A stretch of 64,000 nucleotides of DNA from a virus, in IMG/VR virus record IMGVR_UViG_3300017991_002758, positions 35,602 through 99,601 of that record. One strand, 5' to 3'. A program made the translations under genes and the position numbers. Below the pieces are notes generated by a model. It searched no databases. It had not been told where the DNA came from and worked only from the letters and a program-made list of their open reading frames with translations. Shown here in pieces: positions 19,707-30,193 of this stretch; positions within the stretch are counted from its first letter, which is position 1; every line of letters starts with the position of its first letter.

Positions 19707-21566
19707 ATGGACATTTTTGACTGGTATTTCAAGCAAATCGTGACGCAGGGTCAGATGGACTGGGCGTTTGACCGCGTCCAGTCGGCAATGTATGGAATCT
19801 CCGTCGACAACGACATGGTCGGAATCGTCGATGGTCTAACCGTTACCCAACATGCGCCAACACCGGACAAGAACGTGGATATTGCCGGGCCTGGAACGGC
19901 GTTCGATAAATCAGGCCAGCGATGCTACGTTCCAGATCTCCTGAGCGTAGTCGATTGCTCGCAAGATGAATTTGGAACCGACTCGAATCCGCCCACGGCC
20001 ACCTATCAGCGGTACATTTCGGTATTCCTCAGATTCAACCGCAACTTGACGGACCCGGCGCTGGACGGCAATAATATCCAGGTTTACACCAAGCAGCTCG
20101 AGTCATTCGAGCTGTTCGTCAGGCTCGGCGCCGAGGCCGCCCCAGCTTCGGCCGTACCACCGCCTTTGATGGACGATGCCATACTACTCGTGGACATTCT
20201 GGTGACCAACGGCTTCACCGCGATAGTCAACGGCGACATGGACTTCAGCCGGCGCGAGGACTGGGTTCGTTTCTTGGGCAGTGTATTGGGCAGCCGAGTA
20301 TACGGCACGGCTAAGGAGGGCCTCGAGGACGTGCTCGCGCTGATCGAGAGCTGGGGTGGCGCACTGCCGTTCTCATTCGGAGCTACCTGGTTTGGATCGG
20401 TCGCCGTAGCGGGATCTTCACCGCCACCGGCAACCATGCAGGACGCGCTGAACGCGATAGTGTTCGATCTCGCGAAGGCGGGAGCGACGCCGGCTGGGAC
20501 GGAGCACATCGGCGCGCTCGACTCGCCAGCGTGGACCTACGTCACGAACTGGGCAAGCGCGAGCCTCGCGGCTGTCCTCGCAAGCCTCGGCGGAGATCTC
20601 AACTCCCATATCGGAGGAGCGGCGCCGTACCACCCGGCGAGTGCGATAACCTTCGCCGCATATTCGTTCCTGACTTCTACCGATGTACAAGCCGCGATGC
20701 AGGAGATGATCGATGACCTTGCGCTAACCACCGGAACACCGGGAGCTACCAGAATCGGAGGAGGAGCGATTTCGGATTCGCCAACGGGTCTCGCTGGTGG
20801 AACATTGACCGCGCAGATCACCGCACTTCTCGCGGCAATAAATGACCGCGCAAGAATAGCGAGCGCGGAGACCATCACCGCCAACTGGATATTCGACGCG
20901 ATCATCAGGCTCGCCGACGAGGGCGCCTATGTCCGCGGCGAGGAGACGACGTCCGGCCACTACTTCCCGATCTTCAGGCATAGCTCGCTTCGCGGCGGGA
21001 TATGGTATTCGGGATCTAGCGGAGCCATCGCCATTGCGTACAACTGCTACTGGGATTCAGGCAGCTCGGTCTGGAAATACATTCTCAGCAACGAGCACTC
21101 GTACGTCCTGATGCTGTCCAGTTCAGGGCTCTACCTGGAGAAAATGGACAAGGATGATCCCAACCATATTTCTGGTGGTTGGACGGATCTCGATTGGACT
21201 GGCAATATCAGCCTGGGCAGCGATACGAGTGGCACAATCGCAATGAACGTATTCGCCTTGGCCGGAAGCACCAGCGGTTTCCAATTCTACGACCGCGTCA
21301 GATATGCACTGCACGTTTACAATACTGGAACTGCATCGCATGTCATGACGAATCATTGTGCCTGCACCTGGCACGCCAAGATGCCCTCCGCATTGGTGAG
21401 TGGTGACATTACCGTCAGTCCAGACAGCCAAACCAACTGGTCTGGTACTCCGTCGGTTGTTGGCGTTGATTCATACGGATGCACGGTGTCGGATTCCTGC
21501 GACGCCATAGCCCAATACGGCCAGGCATGGAACTACGGCTCGCTTGAGCTGGACATGACGGTATAG
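19707..21566 (+). CDS. Tail fibre protein
   Basis: G.V.GL.VT N-terminus; H.A.AITF and STDVQAAMQE fibre motifs; follows gpI. Confidence 0.7.
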   Translation: MDIFDWYFKQIVTQGQMDWAFDRVQSAMYGISVDNDMVGIVDGLTVTQHAPTPDKNVDIAGPGTAFDKSGQRCYVPDLLSVVDCSQDEFGTDSNPPTATYQRYISVFLRFNRNLTDPALDGNNIQVYTKQLESFELFVRLGAEAAPASAVPPPLMDDAILLVDILVTNGFTAIVNGDMDFSRREDWVRFLGSVLGSRVYGTAKEGLEDVLALIESWGGALPFSFGATWFGSVAVAGSSPPPATMQDALNAIVFDLAKAGATPAGTEHIGALDSPAWTYVTNWASASLAAVLASLGGDLNSHIGGAAPYHPASAITFAAYSFLTSTDVQAAMQEMIDDLALTTGTPGATRIGGGAISDSPTGLAGGTLTAQITALLAAINDRARIASAETITANWIFDAIIRLADEGAYVRGEETTSGHYFPIFRHSSLRGGIWYSGSSGAIAIAYNCYWDSGSSVWKYILSNEHSYVLMLSSSGLYLEKMDKDDPNHISGGWTDLDWTGNISLGSDTSGTIAMNVFALAGSTSGFQFYDRVRYALHVYNTGTASHVMTNHCACTWHAKMPSALVSGDITVSPDSQTNWSGTPSVVGVDSYGCTVSDSCDAIAQYGQAWNYGSLELDMTV

Positions 21567-21578
21567 GAGGAGGACCCC

Positions 21579-22061
21579 ATGGGATTAGTATCATATAACG
21601 GCGAAGAGAAAACCATCACCTTTCGATGCAAAAGATGCGAAGAGCTTGGGCATGAGCCAACAAGGGCTATTCAGGAAAACGACATCATACTGGCAGAAGG
21701 AGCCGGATTTGTCGGCGTCGAATTGCCCCTCTGTCCCAACTGCAAATCGAGGAGTTACATTTTACCAGGCCAAGAATTAAAAGGCCCCATGACTCATCTT
21801 CGCGCCATTCTGCACAGGAGAATATACGAGGCGGCCGGAGGCGACGCCAATCTGGATCTGGCAAAGCACAAGGAATTCATCGACTCCATGAAGACCTCGT
21901 ATTCCAATGTCGCAACCAAGGATGCCAAGGACGAGTTTGACGGCAAAAAGAACTTCAGCAGCGCCGATAAAACCGGCAAGCCGTTGAAGGAAATGGCCAA
22001 TCCGGTGCAGCCGATTGAAAAAGAAAAAGAGAAAGAGAAAAAGGAGTCCGCTTCCCAGTAG
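21579..22061 (+). CDS. Zn-ribbon protein (CxxC twice) in the fibre cluster
   Basis: CKRC and CPNC; strong SD. Confidence 0.55.
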   Translation: MGLVSYNGEEKTITFRCKRCEELGHEPTRAIQENDIILAEGAGFVGVELPLCPNCKSRSYILPGQELKGPMTHLRAILHRRIYEAAGGDANLDLAKHKEFIDSMKTSYSNVATKDAKDEFDGKKNFSSADKTGKPLKEMANPVQPIEKEKEKEKKESASQ

Positions 22062-22076
22062 GACAAGGAGGAGCCA

Positions 22077-25000
22077 ATGGCTGCTGAGTTTTGGATTAGA
22101 CGAACGCCGGCCGGCGATTTCACTATCGATGACCTCGGCCTGACGGTTGAAGGCAGTGGCGACGAAATAGATCTGCTGACAATGTTCGATACCGAGCAGA
22201 TCGTGAACAGTGCGGATCTGGCAGCGGCAATAGTGGCCGATGATGTTACGCGGATCGACGGTCCTGCCGGTAGTCCAATAGCCGCGGCCGATGCGTTCAA
22301 GGACATCCAGCCGCAGCTGCCGCTAACCGGCAACGAGCACCAGTTCCTGAACGGAAAGGGTGAATACTCAGCGCCGGTCAGCTTCATCATGGCGAAGAAC
22401 ATGAGGTTCGGCTGGAACGATCAGTATGAGTATGACCTGACTTTCACCGACGGCACGCGCCAGCTCGACATCACGCCCACAGGAGCCTCCTTCACTTGGT
22501 ATCAAGGAATCTGGGAATACCAGAAGACCTCGGACAGCATAATAATCTCCACCGCCGAGGGTCTGCACATGGTGTTCTACAACGGCAACACCTTGACCGA
22601 GACGGTGAACCCCACCGGCGATCAGATTGCCTCGGTGCTGAGGGATAATACGCTGGTGGCCTTCATCTACTGGGATGCCACCAACTCGAAGGCAATCTAC
22701 CTAGGCTACGAGTCGCACTCATTTGTGATGCCGCCCGAGACGCACATCAACCTGCACCTGACGCGAGGTGCGCAGTACATATCAGGGAACGGGGCGACCA
22801 ACGTCGTGGCCGACGGCAACGGAGATCTGGACGTCCATGCACAGTTCGGAATCAGCTCGGGTAGAATGGCCGACGAGGATGTGTACACGGATTCCGCCGG
22901 CGTTGGTTCCACGACCGGATTGCCCATATATCATCTCGAAGGCTCAGAGGCTTCGCCAAATATCAGGCAGGTAATCAACTCTGGATTTTCTGTGAGGACA
23001 ACTGGCAGTGGAAGATTGGCATACAATCTGCTTTCGGGAGGATCGTGGTCGGTTGCCGAGGTAACGAACAACAACTTTGTTCTATGCCATGTTCTGGCGT
23101 CCAATGATTCGGTTGAAAGCCGTAAACTGATTGCCTTCATGGGACAGGCCCAATATGCAAACATTGCAGCAGCTAGGGCAGCGGCAGAAGAAGAAATCAA
23201 TCGGCTGGTTCTGGGCCGCTGGGCCTCACAAGAAATGGTCAAGCTGTTCACTTTCATTTTCCAGACCGCAGACGGTTACGCCAACAGTGTAAAAGGTCGC
23301 ATTAGAACTACAGATACCGGAGCAGATTACATTGATTGGCGTGGCACTTCTGCATTCGCGGCAGCCGGTGATGCCGCGGGAACAACTTTCAGTGATAATG
23401 ACTTTGGCCTATTCAATGACGCCGATCCGACCAAGCAGGCCGATTTCGATCTTTCGGGCATTTCCTCTGGCTATAAAAGGACGGTGACACTGCCCGATAA
23501 AAATATAGAGGTAGACGACAAGAATGATTCGCGGCCGCCAACCAGCCATGCCTCAACTCACCAATCCGGTGGTGCTGATTCCATCAAGCTCGATGACTTG
23601 GCCGCACCAGACGACAACACGGATCTCGACGCGACGACCGGGCAACACGGCCTGTTGCCGAAACTCGGAGGCGGCACGGCAAATTTCCTCCGCGCCGACG
23701 GAACCTGGGCAACACCTTCCGGAGGAACTCCTGGAGCTCACGCATCGACTCACGAGAATGGTGGTTCGGATGAGATCTCTGTGGCCGGCTTGAGCGGAGC
23801 ATTGGCCGATCCCCAGACGCCAAGTTCGCACGCTTCCACTCACGACGCCGGCGGCGCCGATGCTATGGCAATCGATGCCGCGGCCGGCACGGGTAGTTTG
23901 CGAACGCTGGGAACAGGATCTCAGCAGGCATGCGCCGGCGATGATGCAAGGCTTTCCGATGATCGAAATGATCCCGATGCAATTCACGACAATGTAGCGT
24001 CCGAGATCTATCCCATCACCGAAAAGGGAACGCCGGTCACGACCGACGTGCTACTCATCGAGGACGCAGCAGATTCTTACAATAAAAAGAAGATTCGCAT
24101 TGGAAGTCTGCCGGCCGCGCAGCCAGCGGCGCACCATACCAGCCATGAGTCGGGAGGTTCCGATTCCATCAAGCTCGACGACTTGGCCACGCCGGACGAC
24201 AATACCGACCTCGATGCCACGACCGGGCAACACGGCCTGTTGCCGAAACTCGGAGGCGGCACAGCGAACTTCCTGCGCGCCGACGGAACCTGGGCAGCTC
24301 CCGATGGAGGCACGCCGGCCTCGCACGCTTCCAGCCATGAAAATGGTGGCTCTGACGAGATCTCTGTAGCCGGGCTCAGTGGCGCACTGGCCGATCCGCA
24401 AACGCCTGAGTCCCATGCATCATCTCACGAGAATGGCGGTGCTGATGAAATGAGTGTAGCCGGGCTCAGTGGCGCACTGGCCGATCCGCAAACACCAAGC
24501 TCTCATGCCTCAACTCACCAATCCGGTGGTGCTGATTCCATCAAGCTCGACGACTTGGCCGCACCAGACGACAATACCGATCTCGACGCGACGACCGGGC
24601 AACACGGCCTGTTGCCGAAGCTAGGAGGCGGCACGGCTAACTTCCTCCGTGCTGACGGCAGTTGGGCTTCACCAGATGGAGGAACGCCGGCGGCGCATGC
24701 TTCAACGCATGAGAACGGTGGTGCTGATGAAATGAGTGTCGCTGGGTTGAGCGGCGCACTGGCCGATCCCCAAACTCCGTCTTCTCACGCATCGACGCAT
24801 GAGAACGGAGGAGCTGATGAGATGTCAGTCGCCGGCCTTAGCGGAGCATTGGCCGATCCTCAGACTCCTTCTTCGCACGCTTCGAGTCACCAATCTGGCG
24901 GAGCTGATTCTATCAAGTTGGATGACTTGGCCACGCCGGACGACAATACCGACCTCGACGCGACGACCGGGCAACACGGCCTGTTGCCGAAGCTTGGTGG

Positions 25001-26030
25001 CGGGACCACCAATTTCTTGCGTGCTGACGGCACCTGGGCGGCGCCTCCCGGCGGTACCCCTGATCCGCACGCATCTACACACGAGAACGGTGGATCCGAT
25101 GAGATTTCCGTAGCCGGCCTCAGCGGAACACTGGCCGACCCGCAAACACCAAGCTCTCATGCCTCAACTCACCAATCTGGCGGCGCCGATGCAATAAAAC
25201 TCGACGACCTAGCAGCGCCAGACGACAATACGGATTTGAACGCAACCACTGGGCAACACGGCTTGTTGCCCAAGCTTGGAGGCGGAACCTCAAACTTCCT
25301 CCGCGCTGACGGCAGTTGGGCCTCTCCCGACGGAGGAACGCCGGCCTACCATGCATCAAGTCACCAGTCCGGTGGAGGAGATTCGATAAAACTCGACGAC
25401 CTGGCAACGCCGGACGACAACACCGATCTCAACGCGACCACCAGCCAGCACGGCCTGCTGCCGAAATTGGGCGGCGGAACCACGAACTTCCTGCGCGCCG
25501 ACGGGACCTGGGCGGCGCCTGGGGCCAGCTCTTCGTTCCCCACGAAATACTACGACGCCGACATGCTGGACTTGCCGCTGAGCTCAGATTGGGCCGTAAC
25601 TGACAATGCGGCACTCGCTGCGGACAGCAACAATTCGGCCCTTTCCGTTCTGAATTTCGATGACACTGATGAGGAAGGATGTGGTCTGTTGGTGCAGCCG
25701 CCAAGTGGCGCTACAAATATTGTTATCACGATTCGTTCTCGCGCCGATACGGCACCGGGAGGGACGAGTGGCGTGGCTCTGCTTCTGTACAAGCGCGACC
25801 TGCCCGACAACTCGGCTGTCGGCTCTTGGTCGGGCGGATACCAAATGACGGACCTGTCATTCCCAACCAACGAATATTGGCAGTACGACTCGCAGACCAT
25901 CGCGCTGTCGACGCTGGGCATCACTGCCGGGAGGCTGACCCAGCTAGAGCTGGTGCGCGACACCATCGACGGCGGAGACACGCTGTCGGGCGACTGGGTG
26001 CTGTCCAGGCTGCAGATTGGGTGGACCTAA
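22077..26030 (+). CDS. Long tail fibre with tandem His-containing repeats
   Basis: 1317 aa; 13 HxxxH modules; FLRADG.W fibre motif. Confidence 0.8.
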   Translation: MAAEFWIRRTPAGDFTIDDLGLTVEGSGDEIDLLTMFDTEQIVNSADLAAAIVADDVTRIDGPAGSPIAAADAFKDIQPQLPLTGNEHQFLNGKGEYSAPVSFIMAKNMRFGWNDQYEYDLTFTDGTRQLDITPTGASFTWYQGIWEYQKTSDSIIISTAEGLHMVFYNGNTLTETVNPTGDQIASVLRDNTLVAFIYWDATNSKAIYLGYESHSFVMPPETHINLHLTRGAQYISGNGATNVVADGNGDLDVHAQFGISSGRMADEDVYTDSAGVGSTTGLPIYHLEGSEASPNIRQVINSGFSVRTTGSGRLAYNLLSGGSWSVAEVTNNNFVLCHVLASNDSVESRKLIAFMGQAQYANIAAARAAAEEEINRLVLGRWASQEMVKLFTFIFQTADGYANSVKGRIRTTDTGADYIDWRGTSAFAAAGDAAGTTFSDNDFGLFNDADPTKQADFDLSGISSGYKRTVTLPDKNIEVDDKNDSRPPTSHASTHQSGGADSIKLDDLAAPDDNTDLDATTGQHGLLPKLGGGTANFLRADGTWATPSGGTPGAHASTHENGGSDEISVAGLSGALADPQTPSSHASTHDAGGADAMAIDAAAGTGSLRTLGTGSQQACAGDDARLSDDRNDPDAIHDNVASEIYPITEKGTPVTTDVLLIEDAADSYNKKKIRIGSLPAAQPAAHHTSHESGGSDSIKLDDLATPDDNTDLDATTGQHGLLPKLGGGTANFLRADGTWAAPDGGTPASHASSHENGGSDEISVAGLSGALADPQTPESHASSHENGGADEMSVAGLSGALADPQTPSSHASTHQSGGADSIKLDDLAAPDDNTDLDATTGQHGLLPKLGGGTANFLRADGSWASPDGGTPAAHASTHENGGADEMSVAGLSGALADPQTPSSHASTHENGGADEMSVAGLSGALADPQTPSSHASSHQSGGADSIKLDDLATPDDNTDLDATTGQHGLLPKLGGGTTNFLRADGTWAAPPGGTPDPHASTHENGGSDEISVAGLSGTLADPQTPSSHASTHQSGGADAIKLDDLAAPDDNTDLNATTGQHGLLPKLGGGTSNFLRADGSWASPDGGTPAYHASSHQSGGGDSIKLDDLATPDDNTDLNATTSQHGLLPKLGGGTTNFLRADGTWAAPGASSSFPTKYYDADMLDLPLSSDWAVTDNAALAADSNNSALSVLNFDDTDEEGCGLLVQPPSGATNIVITIRSRADTAPGGTSGVALLLYKRDLPDNSAVGSWSGGYQMTDLSFPTNEYWQYDSQTIALSTLGITAGRLTQLELVRDTIDGGDTLSGDWVLSRLQIGWT
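23544..25524 (+). repeat. Coding repeat array: six 64-aa (A) units, six 30-aa (B) units and one unique spacer (C)
   Basis: Order ABCABBABBABAA read from the translation; last A unit slightly shortened. Confidence 0.9.
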
Positions 26031-26752
26031 TGGCTTGCTATTTCAACGGAACATCATATCCCGGCGACGGCGCCAATTTTTACGATCCTACAACGCTGAG
26101 GAATATAACCACCAAAACGCTCTCGGCATGGATTCTTCCGTTCGGATGGGGTGAGGGTAACTACGGACGAATAATATCCAAGAGCTATACCACATTCAGT
26201 GAAGGATGGCTTTTATTTCTCGCAAATGGCGGAGGTCCAAACGGAACGCAAACGCTGGCATTCAGCCAATTCCGAAGCATTATTGATTGTGATGTGCGAG
26301 GCGCCAACTATGCAATAACACTTAATGAATGGCAGCATGTCGCGGTCACGTACCAGTCGAGCGGAACAGTGCTGTATGTCAATGGCCAGGCAATAGGCAC
26401 CGTCAACTACAATGCCGGCAGCGGAGGTGAATCCGATGACACCGACAGCTGGCTCTTGGTCGGCCAACAGGATTGGAGTTACGACCGGGAATTCGATGGC
26501 CTGATCGAGGACGTCAGAATTTGGAACAGGGTTCTCAGCGCCAGCGAGATCTCCGCGCTATGGAAGGCGCGTGGTGGCGACTCAATACATTACGGAGAGA
26601 TAGCACGCTGGCCATTGAATGAATTGCCGCCGGCGACGGTAATTGGAACCGGAACACTCCGCGACATTTCCAACAACAAGAACGATGGCGATTCCCTGCA
26701 AGAGGATTTCCCATACGCAGCGGGAATAGTCGGTAGAAGGAAGGTGGCATAA
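26030..26752 (+). CDS. LamG-domain (concanavalin-like) virion protein
   Basis: TLSAWI, NEWQHVAVTY, LYVNG and FDGLIEDVRIWNRVLSASEI; ATG overlaps the upstream TAA. Confidence 0.88.
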   Translation: MACYFNGTSYPGDGANFYDPTTLRNITTKTLSAWILPFGWGEGNYGRIISKSYTTFSEGWLLFLANGGGPNGTQTLAFSQFRSIIDCDVRGANYAITLNEWQHVAVTYQSSGTVLYVNGQAIGTVNYNAGSGGESDDTDSWLLVGQQDWSYDREFDGLIEDVRIWNRVLSASEISALWKARGGDSIHYGEIARWPLNELPPATVIGTGTLRDISNNKNDGDSLQEDFPYAAGIVGRRKVA

Positions 26753-27159
26753 TGGCAAACGTGATAAACAGAACGACCTACGAGTATCTAGAAAGCGTCA
26801 ATACACCGGATTACTCGGAGGTCGATTGGCTTCACGATCCTGACGTCAGCGCATTGGAATCAGTGGAGAGAAAATATTGGAAGGTTGTCGACGACGAAGT
26901 GCTCGAGATGAGCCAGGCAGAAAAAGACGCAGTCGATGCCGCGATCTATGCCGCTCAGTTGGCAGCGGCCGTTTCCGAAGCCAAGGATCTGGTGGATGCC
27001 GCACAAAAATGGAAAGGGGTTTTCGAGCGAGCATACAGAGCTCTAGTCATGGTAACGCTGTCGGAAATAAATATTCTGCGCGTTGAGGCAGGGCTCTCTG
27101 AGCGAACAGTGGCGCAGGTAAAGGCGGCAATAAAAGCACAGATTGACGGCGAAGGTTAA
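26752..27159 (+). CDS. Tail fibre assembly / chaperone-like protein
   Basis: KYWKV....V.EM...EK.AVD pattern; last in the fibre cluster. Confidence 0.5.
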   Translation: MANVINRTTYEYLESVNTPDYSEVDWLHDPDVSALESVERKYWKVVDDEVLEMSQAEKDAVDAAIYAAQLAAAVSEAKDLVDAAQKWKGVFERAYRALVMVTLSEINILRVEAGLSERTVAQVKAAIKAQIDGEG

Positions 27160-27178
27160 CCGGGCACAGGAGGATCTC

Positions 27179-27730
27179 ATGGCTGGCAGAAGCGATTCAC
27201 CACCACCATTTCATGCACCCAAAGCAAGCCCCATCAGTGAACATTCATTGCTGCCTTCTTGTAGTGCGGCATTTGCCGGGCTCGAAGTCACACTTAAAAC
27301 CATTACCAGTGAGATGAAAGGTATGCGTAGAGATGTGCAGGAGATGGGGCGAGTCCAATCGGGTCAGGCCGAATCTATCAAAGGAGTATGGCACGAGATC
27401 CGCGATGAGATAAATCCAGCGGTGAAAGAAATACCTGGAAAAATTGCCCAAGATTTTAAAGAACATGAAGGTAATTGCCCAGCTCGCCGGCGCGCGATGA
27501 GGAAAGCTGAAAGTGGTGGCTCCAGCGATCAGATTAACGCACGTGCGCTGATCGGTCAGCACCTCGAAGAACACACCGGAACCATCGTCACTCAGCGTCG
27601 TGGAATCATCAGAAACAGTGCGAATGGCCACTATGAAATTCCCCGGCCGATCCTCTGGATAGGAGGCCTGATTGGAGCTGCGGTTGCCGCTTCAGGCTAC
27701 GTCTATCACCTCCTGACTATGTCCCAGTAG
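27179..27730 (+). CDS. Coiled-coil protein with C-terminal TM helix
   Basis: ILWIGGLIGAAVAASGYVY; SD AGGAGG. Confidence 0.55.
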   Translation: MAGRSDSPPPFHAPKASPISEHSLLPSCSAAFAGLEVTLKTITSEMKGMRRDVQEMGRVQSGQAESIKGVWHEIRDEINPAVKEIPGKIAQDFKEHEGNCPARRRAMRKAESGGSSDQINARALIGQHLEEHTGTIVTQRRGIIRNSANGHYEIPRPILWIGGLIGAAVAASGYVYHLLTMSQ

Positions 27731-27851
27731 TCCCCCAAAGAACACCAAAAAAACCCCCAATTTAGGCCCGGCTCGCATTTTTTTGGAGCCCTGTTTCGGC
27801 CTGCCGTTGAAGGCCCTCGCGTTTTTTATAGGTTATAAAAAACTATACCGT

Positions 27852-27898
27852 GTAAAAAAATACTTTATGAGGGTTAAAAAAGGGGCTACTAATTAGTC
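27852..27898 (+). promoter_or_regulatory. AT-rich promoter/operator, copy 1
   Basis: GTAAAAAAATACTTTATGAGGGTTAAAAAA, closely matching 31997-32026; heads the early gene block. Confidence 0.6.
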
Positions 27899-27934
27899 AT
27901 GAAAAGAAATTCAGACAAAAAAAGGAGCGGAAAA

Positions 27935-28405
27935 ATGGCAAGACGTAAAATTTTCATCCCGGAAAATCTACGCTTAGCAACCATTAAAACCACCGGCCGG
28001 CGCTTCATTGTTTTGCGGATCGATTTTCGCGAGCGCATTGTTTTCACCTACGGCCGAGTGACCGGGTTCGTCTACAACGAAGGCGCCAAAACAGCAGGCC
28101 TACAAGTTGAAGAGAAGGGCCTGAAGTTGAAGCTTGACGAGGTGACAATTTCTGAAGCCTGGAAGAGCCCAACGCTGGCGGCCGAGCTAGCAGAGCAGAC
28201 CCGAGATGACGAAGCTGACAAGGGTTATTATTGGGACCGCGAAGTGAGCGGAGGACGGCGAACCCGATCAACTTATTGGATAAGGCGAGAGGCCACCAGC
28301 GAACAGGCTTTGAACCACGCAGCACGGATGGAGAGCATGGGGCACACCGATTCCGCCAAGCTTTGGATGAGGATCGCAGAAGGCGCAGCAAACGCAGGGA
28401 GATAA
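27935..28405 (+). CDS. Hypothetical early protein
   Basis: SD AGGAG; alternative in-frame ATG at 27899. Confidence 0.6.
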   Translation: MARRKIFIPENLRLATIKTTGRRFIVLRIDFRERIVFTYGRVTGFVYNEGAKTAGLQVEEKGLKLKLDEVTISEAWKSPTLAAELAEQTRDDEADKGYYWDREVSGGRRTRSTYWIRREATSEQALNHAARMESMGHTDSAKLWMRIAEGAANAGR

Positions 28406-28444
28406 AACAACCGGCGGCCACGCGCCGCCACAAGGAGAGCAGCC

Positions 28445-28639
28445 ATGAAAAATTTTATTAGAAAAACAGCGAGGAACTTGGGCGGAAGAATTGTTAATTT
28501 TTCCGACAGCGGCATTGAGGTTTCGTTCCGCTCGCGAGAGCAGGCCGACGATTTTATGGACGCAGTGATGATGAAGTTTCCGAACATCGCGTATGCGGTA
28601 CCGGAGGACAACCAGTTTGCGTTTGATACGAGCAATTAA
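28445..28639 (+). CDS. Hypothetical protein
   Basis: SD AAGGAG. Confidence 0.55.
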   Translation: MKNFIRKTARNLGGRIVNFSDSGIEVSFRSREQADDFMDAVMMKFPNIAYAVPEDNQFAFDTSN

Positions 28640-28700
28640 AACCCCTGCCGGCAACGCCGGCTTAACCGGCGCCGAGGGCGCCGACGGAAAGGCAAGAAAG

Positions 28701-29588
28701 ATGACAAACCAAATTTCAGTAAAAGCAAATCAGTTCACCAACAGGCTTGGAACCCCGGAGGTTCGTGACTTCATGCACAGGGTTTTGGTGTTCGCCGAAA
28801 TTAACCCCGAGGGAATGAAGTTCAGCTTGACTGAGCGAGAGATTGTTCCCGAGGCCAGCGGCAACACGATAAAGCTCTCCTTGGAAACAGGCGTTTTCAG
28901 CTTCTGCAAATCGCTTGTTCGCATGGCGCGCTGGGTGGAGCTGGTTCACAGCGGGGAAGCCGACAGCCTGAACGCGAAGCAAATGGACGCTGTGGTTGAT
29001 GCCCACGAAAAGCACTACCTGGGCGACGTTTGGTATGGACTCGACACCGATGAGCAGGACGCCTGGGACAGGGAAGTGGAATCCATAGAGCGGTTCAAAG
29101 TTGAAGTGCAACGGAAGCGCGAGGCCGAGATTTATAGCCGGCCGGTCAGAATATTGGGTGAGATTGAGCGCGAGTTGAATAAAACGAAAAAGTATCTGGC
29201 CGAGCAGATGGAACGGCTCAGCAAGAACCCATCCTACGAATTCTCCTGGGTAGTTGAAAGCATCGGCATTAACGCTCACTTGCAGCGGTCGTATGAGATG
29301 CTGTTCAATAACCTGCAGCCGGCAAACAACGAGCACATGAGAGGCGGACCAGTGGGAAGGCTGGAAGAGATCGAGAGGTTCGTCACCGCAATGCGTGACG
29401 AAGCTGTTCGTGAGATAGTGCGGCGCAAAGATTGGGCCGATGGCGGCAAGCCGGGCACCACGCTGGACAATATTTGCAAGTCCAGGTCCCACGCCGAATT
29501 CATAGAATTCGTTGAGCGGTTGCTCTTGGAGATCAGTTGGATGACAGGGCGCGACGGCAAAAACGTAAAACGCTACGGAAGCTACTAG
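28701..29588 (+). CDS. Hypothetical protein
   Basis: Open frame after a hairpin and purine-rich leader. Confidence 0.6.
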   Translation: MTNQISVKANQFTNRLGTPEVRDFMHRVLVFAEINPEGMKFSLTEREIVPEASGNTIKLSLETGVFSFCKSLVRMARWVELVHSGEADSLNAKQMDAVVDAHEKHYLGDVWYGLDTDEQDAWDREVESIERFKVEVQRKREAEIYSRPVRILGEIERELNKTKKYLAEQMERLSKNPSYEFSWVVESIGINAHLQRSYEMLFNNLQPANNEHMRGGPVGRLEEIERFVTAMRDEAVREIVRRKDWADGGKPGTTLDNICKSRSHAEFIEFVERLLLEISWMTGRDGKNVKRYGSY

Positions 29589-29599
29589 GAGGCACTGAG

Positions 29600-30193
29600 A
29601 TGAACACCACAAAAATACAACCTAAGGTAGGTGGAGTTTACGAAATCCGCGGACGCCGAGGAACAGTGACAGGCACGGTGGTCAGCACGCGCCGGGTTCA
29701 GCGCGGACGGTTCGCTGGCATGACCGAGTATACGCTGGCGCCGATGGAAGACATGGGCAAAGTGTTTGGCTTCACAGCGATTGGCGAGAGCTTGTTCCTC
29801 CGCGATGTGACGGAAAAGTTTAAGCAAGGCCAGGTGAAGGCCGCCGGCGGCGAGCTGCACACCAGGAAGGCCGAGAAGGAGAAGGTCATAGCGGACAAGG
29901 CGGACGCTGGCTACGAGGCCATCACTACCACGGATGTTTCGGTCGGCGACGAAGTGCTGATCGGATACCGGAACGGAACCTACTGGGAAAAGGTGATAAA
30001 GATAAACTACCGCACGGGCAAGATCGGGATCGAGCGAGAGGACGCGGACAGGCGGAAGGCGCGCAACGCAAAGCGCGAACAGGACGGCATGGGGCTCTAC
30101 CTGGTGGCCGGAATCAAACCGAAGAAGGAGAGGCTGGTACGCTGGATACCGGCGACGCTAATAAAGGAAGTGAAGAAGGGAGGGAACAAATGA
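29600..30193 (+). CDS. Hypothetical basic protein (SH3/KOW-like strands)
   Basis: SD AGGAGG. Confidence 0.55.
   Translation: MNTTKIQPKVGGVYEIRGRRGTVTGTVVSTRRVQRGRFAGMTEYTLAPMEDMGKVFGFTAIGESLFLRDVTEKFKQGQVKAAGGELHTRKAEKEKVIADKADAGYEAITTTDVSVGDEVLIGYRNGTYWEKVIKINYRTGKIGIEREDADRRKARNAKREQDGMGLYLVAGIKPKKERLVRWIPATLIKEVKKGGNK

Noticed and set aside
23544-25524. CRISPR array or DGR template/variable repeats
   Set aside because: Repeats are in-frame coding units with mainly synonymous, not adenine-specific, differences; no spacers and no reverse transcriptase
25679-26029. N-terminal extension of the LamG ORF in the track
   Set aside because: Overlaps the fibre gene; the real start is most likely ATG 26030, overlapping TAA
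1-27730. Extracellular contractile injection system or tailocin
   Set aside because: Tube and baseplate are CIS-like, but the TP901-type tape measure, G/GT frameshift and linked replication, recombination and lysis genes indicate a phage
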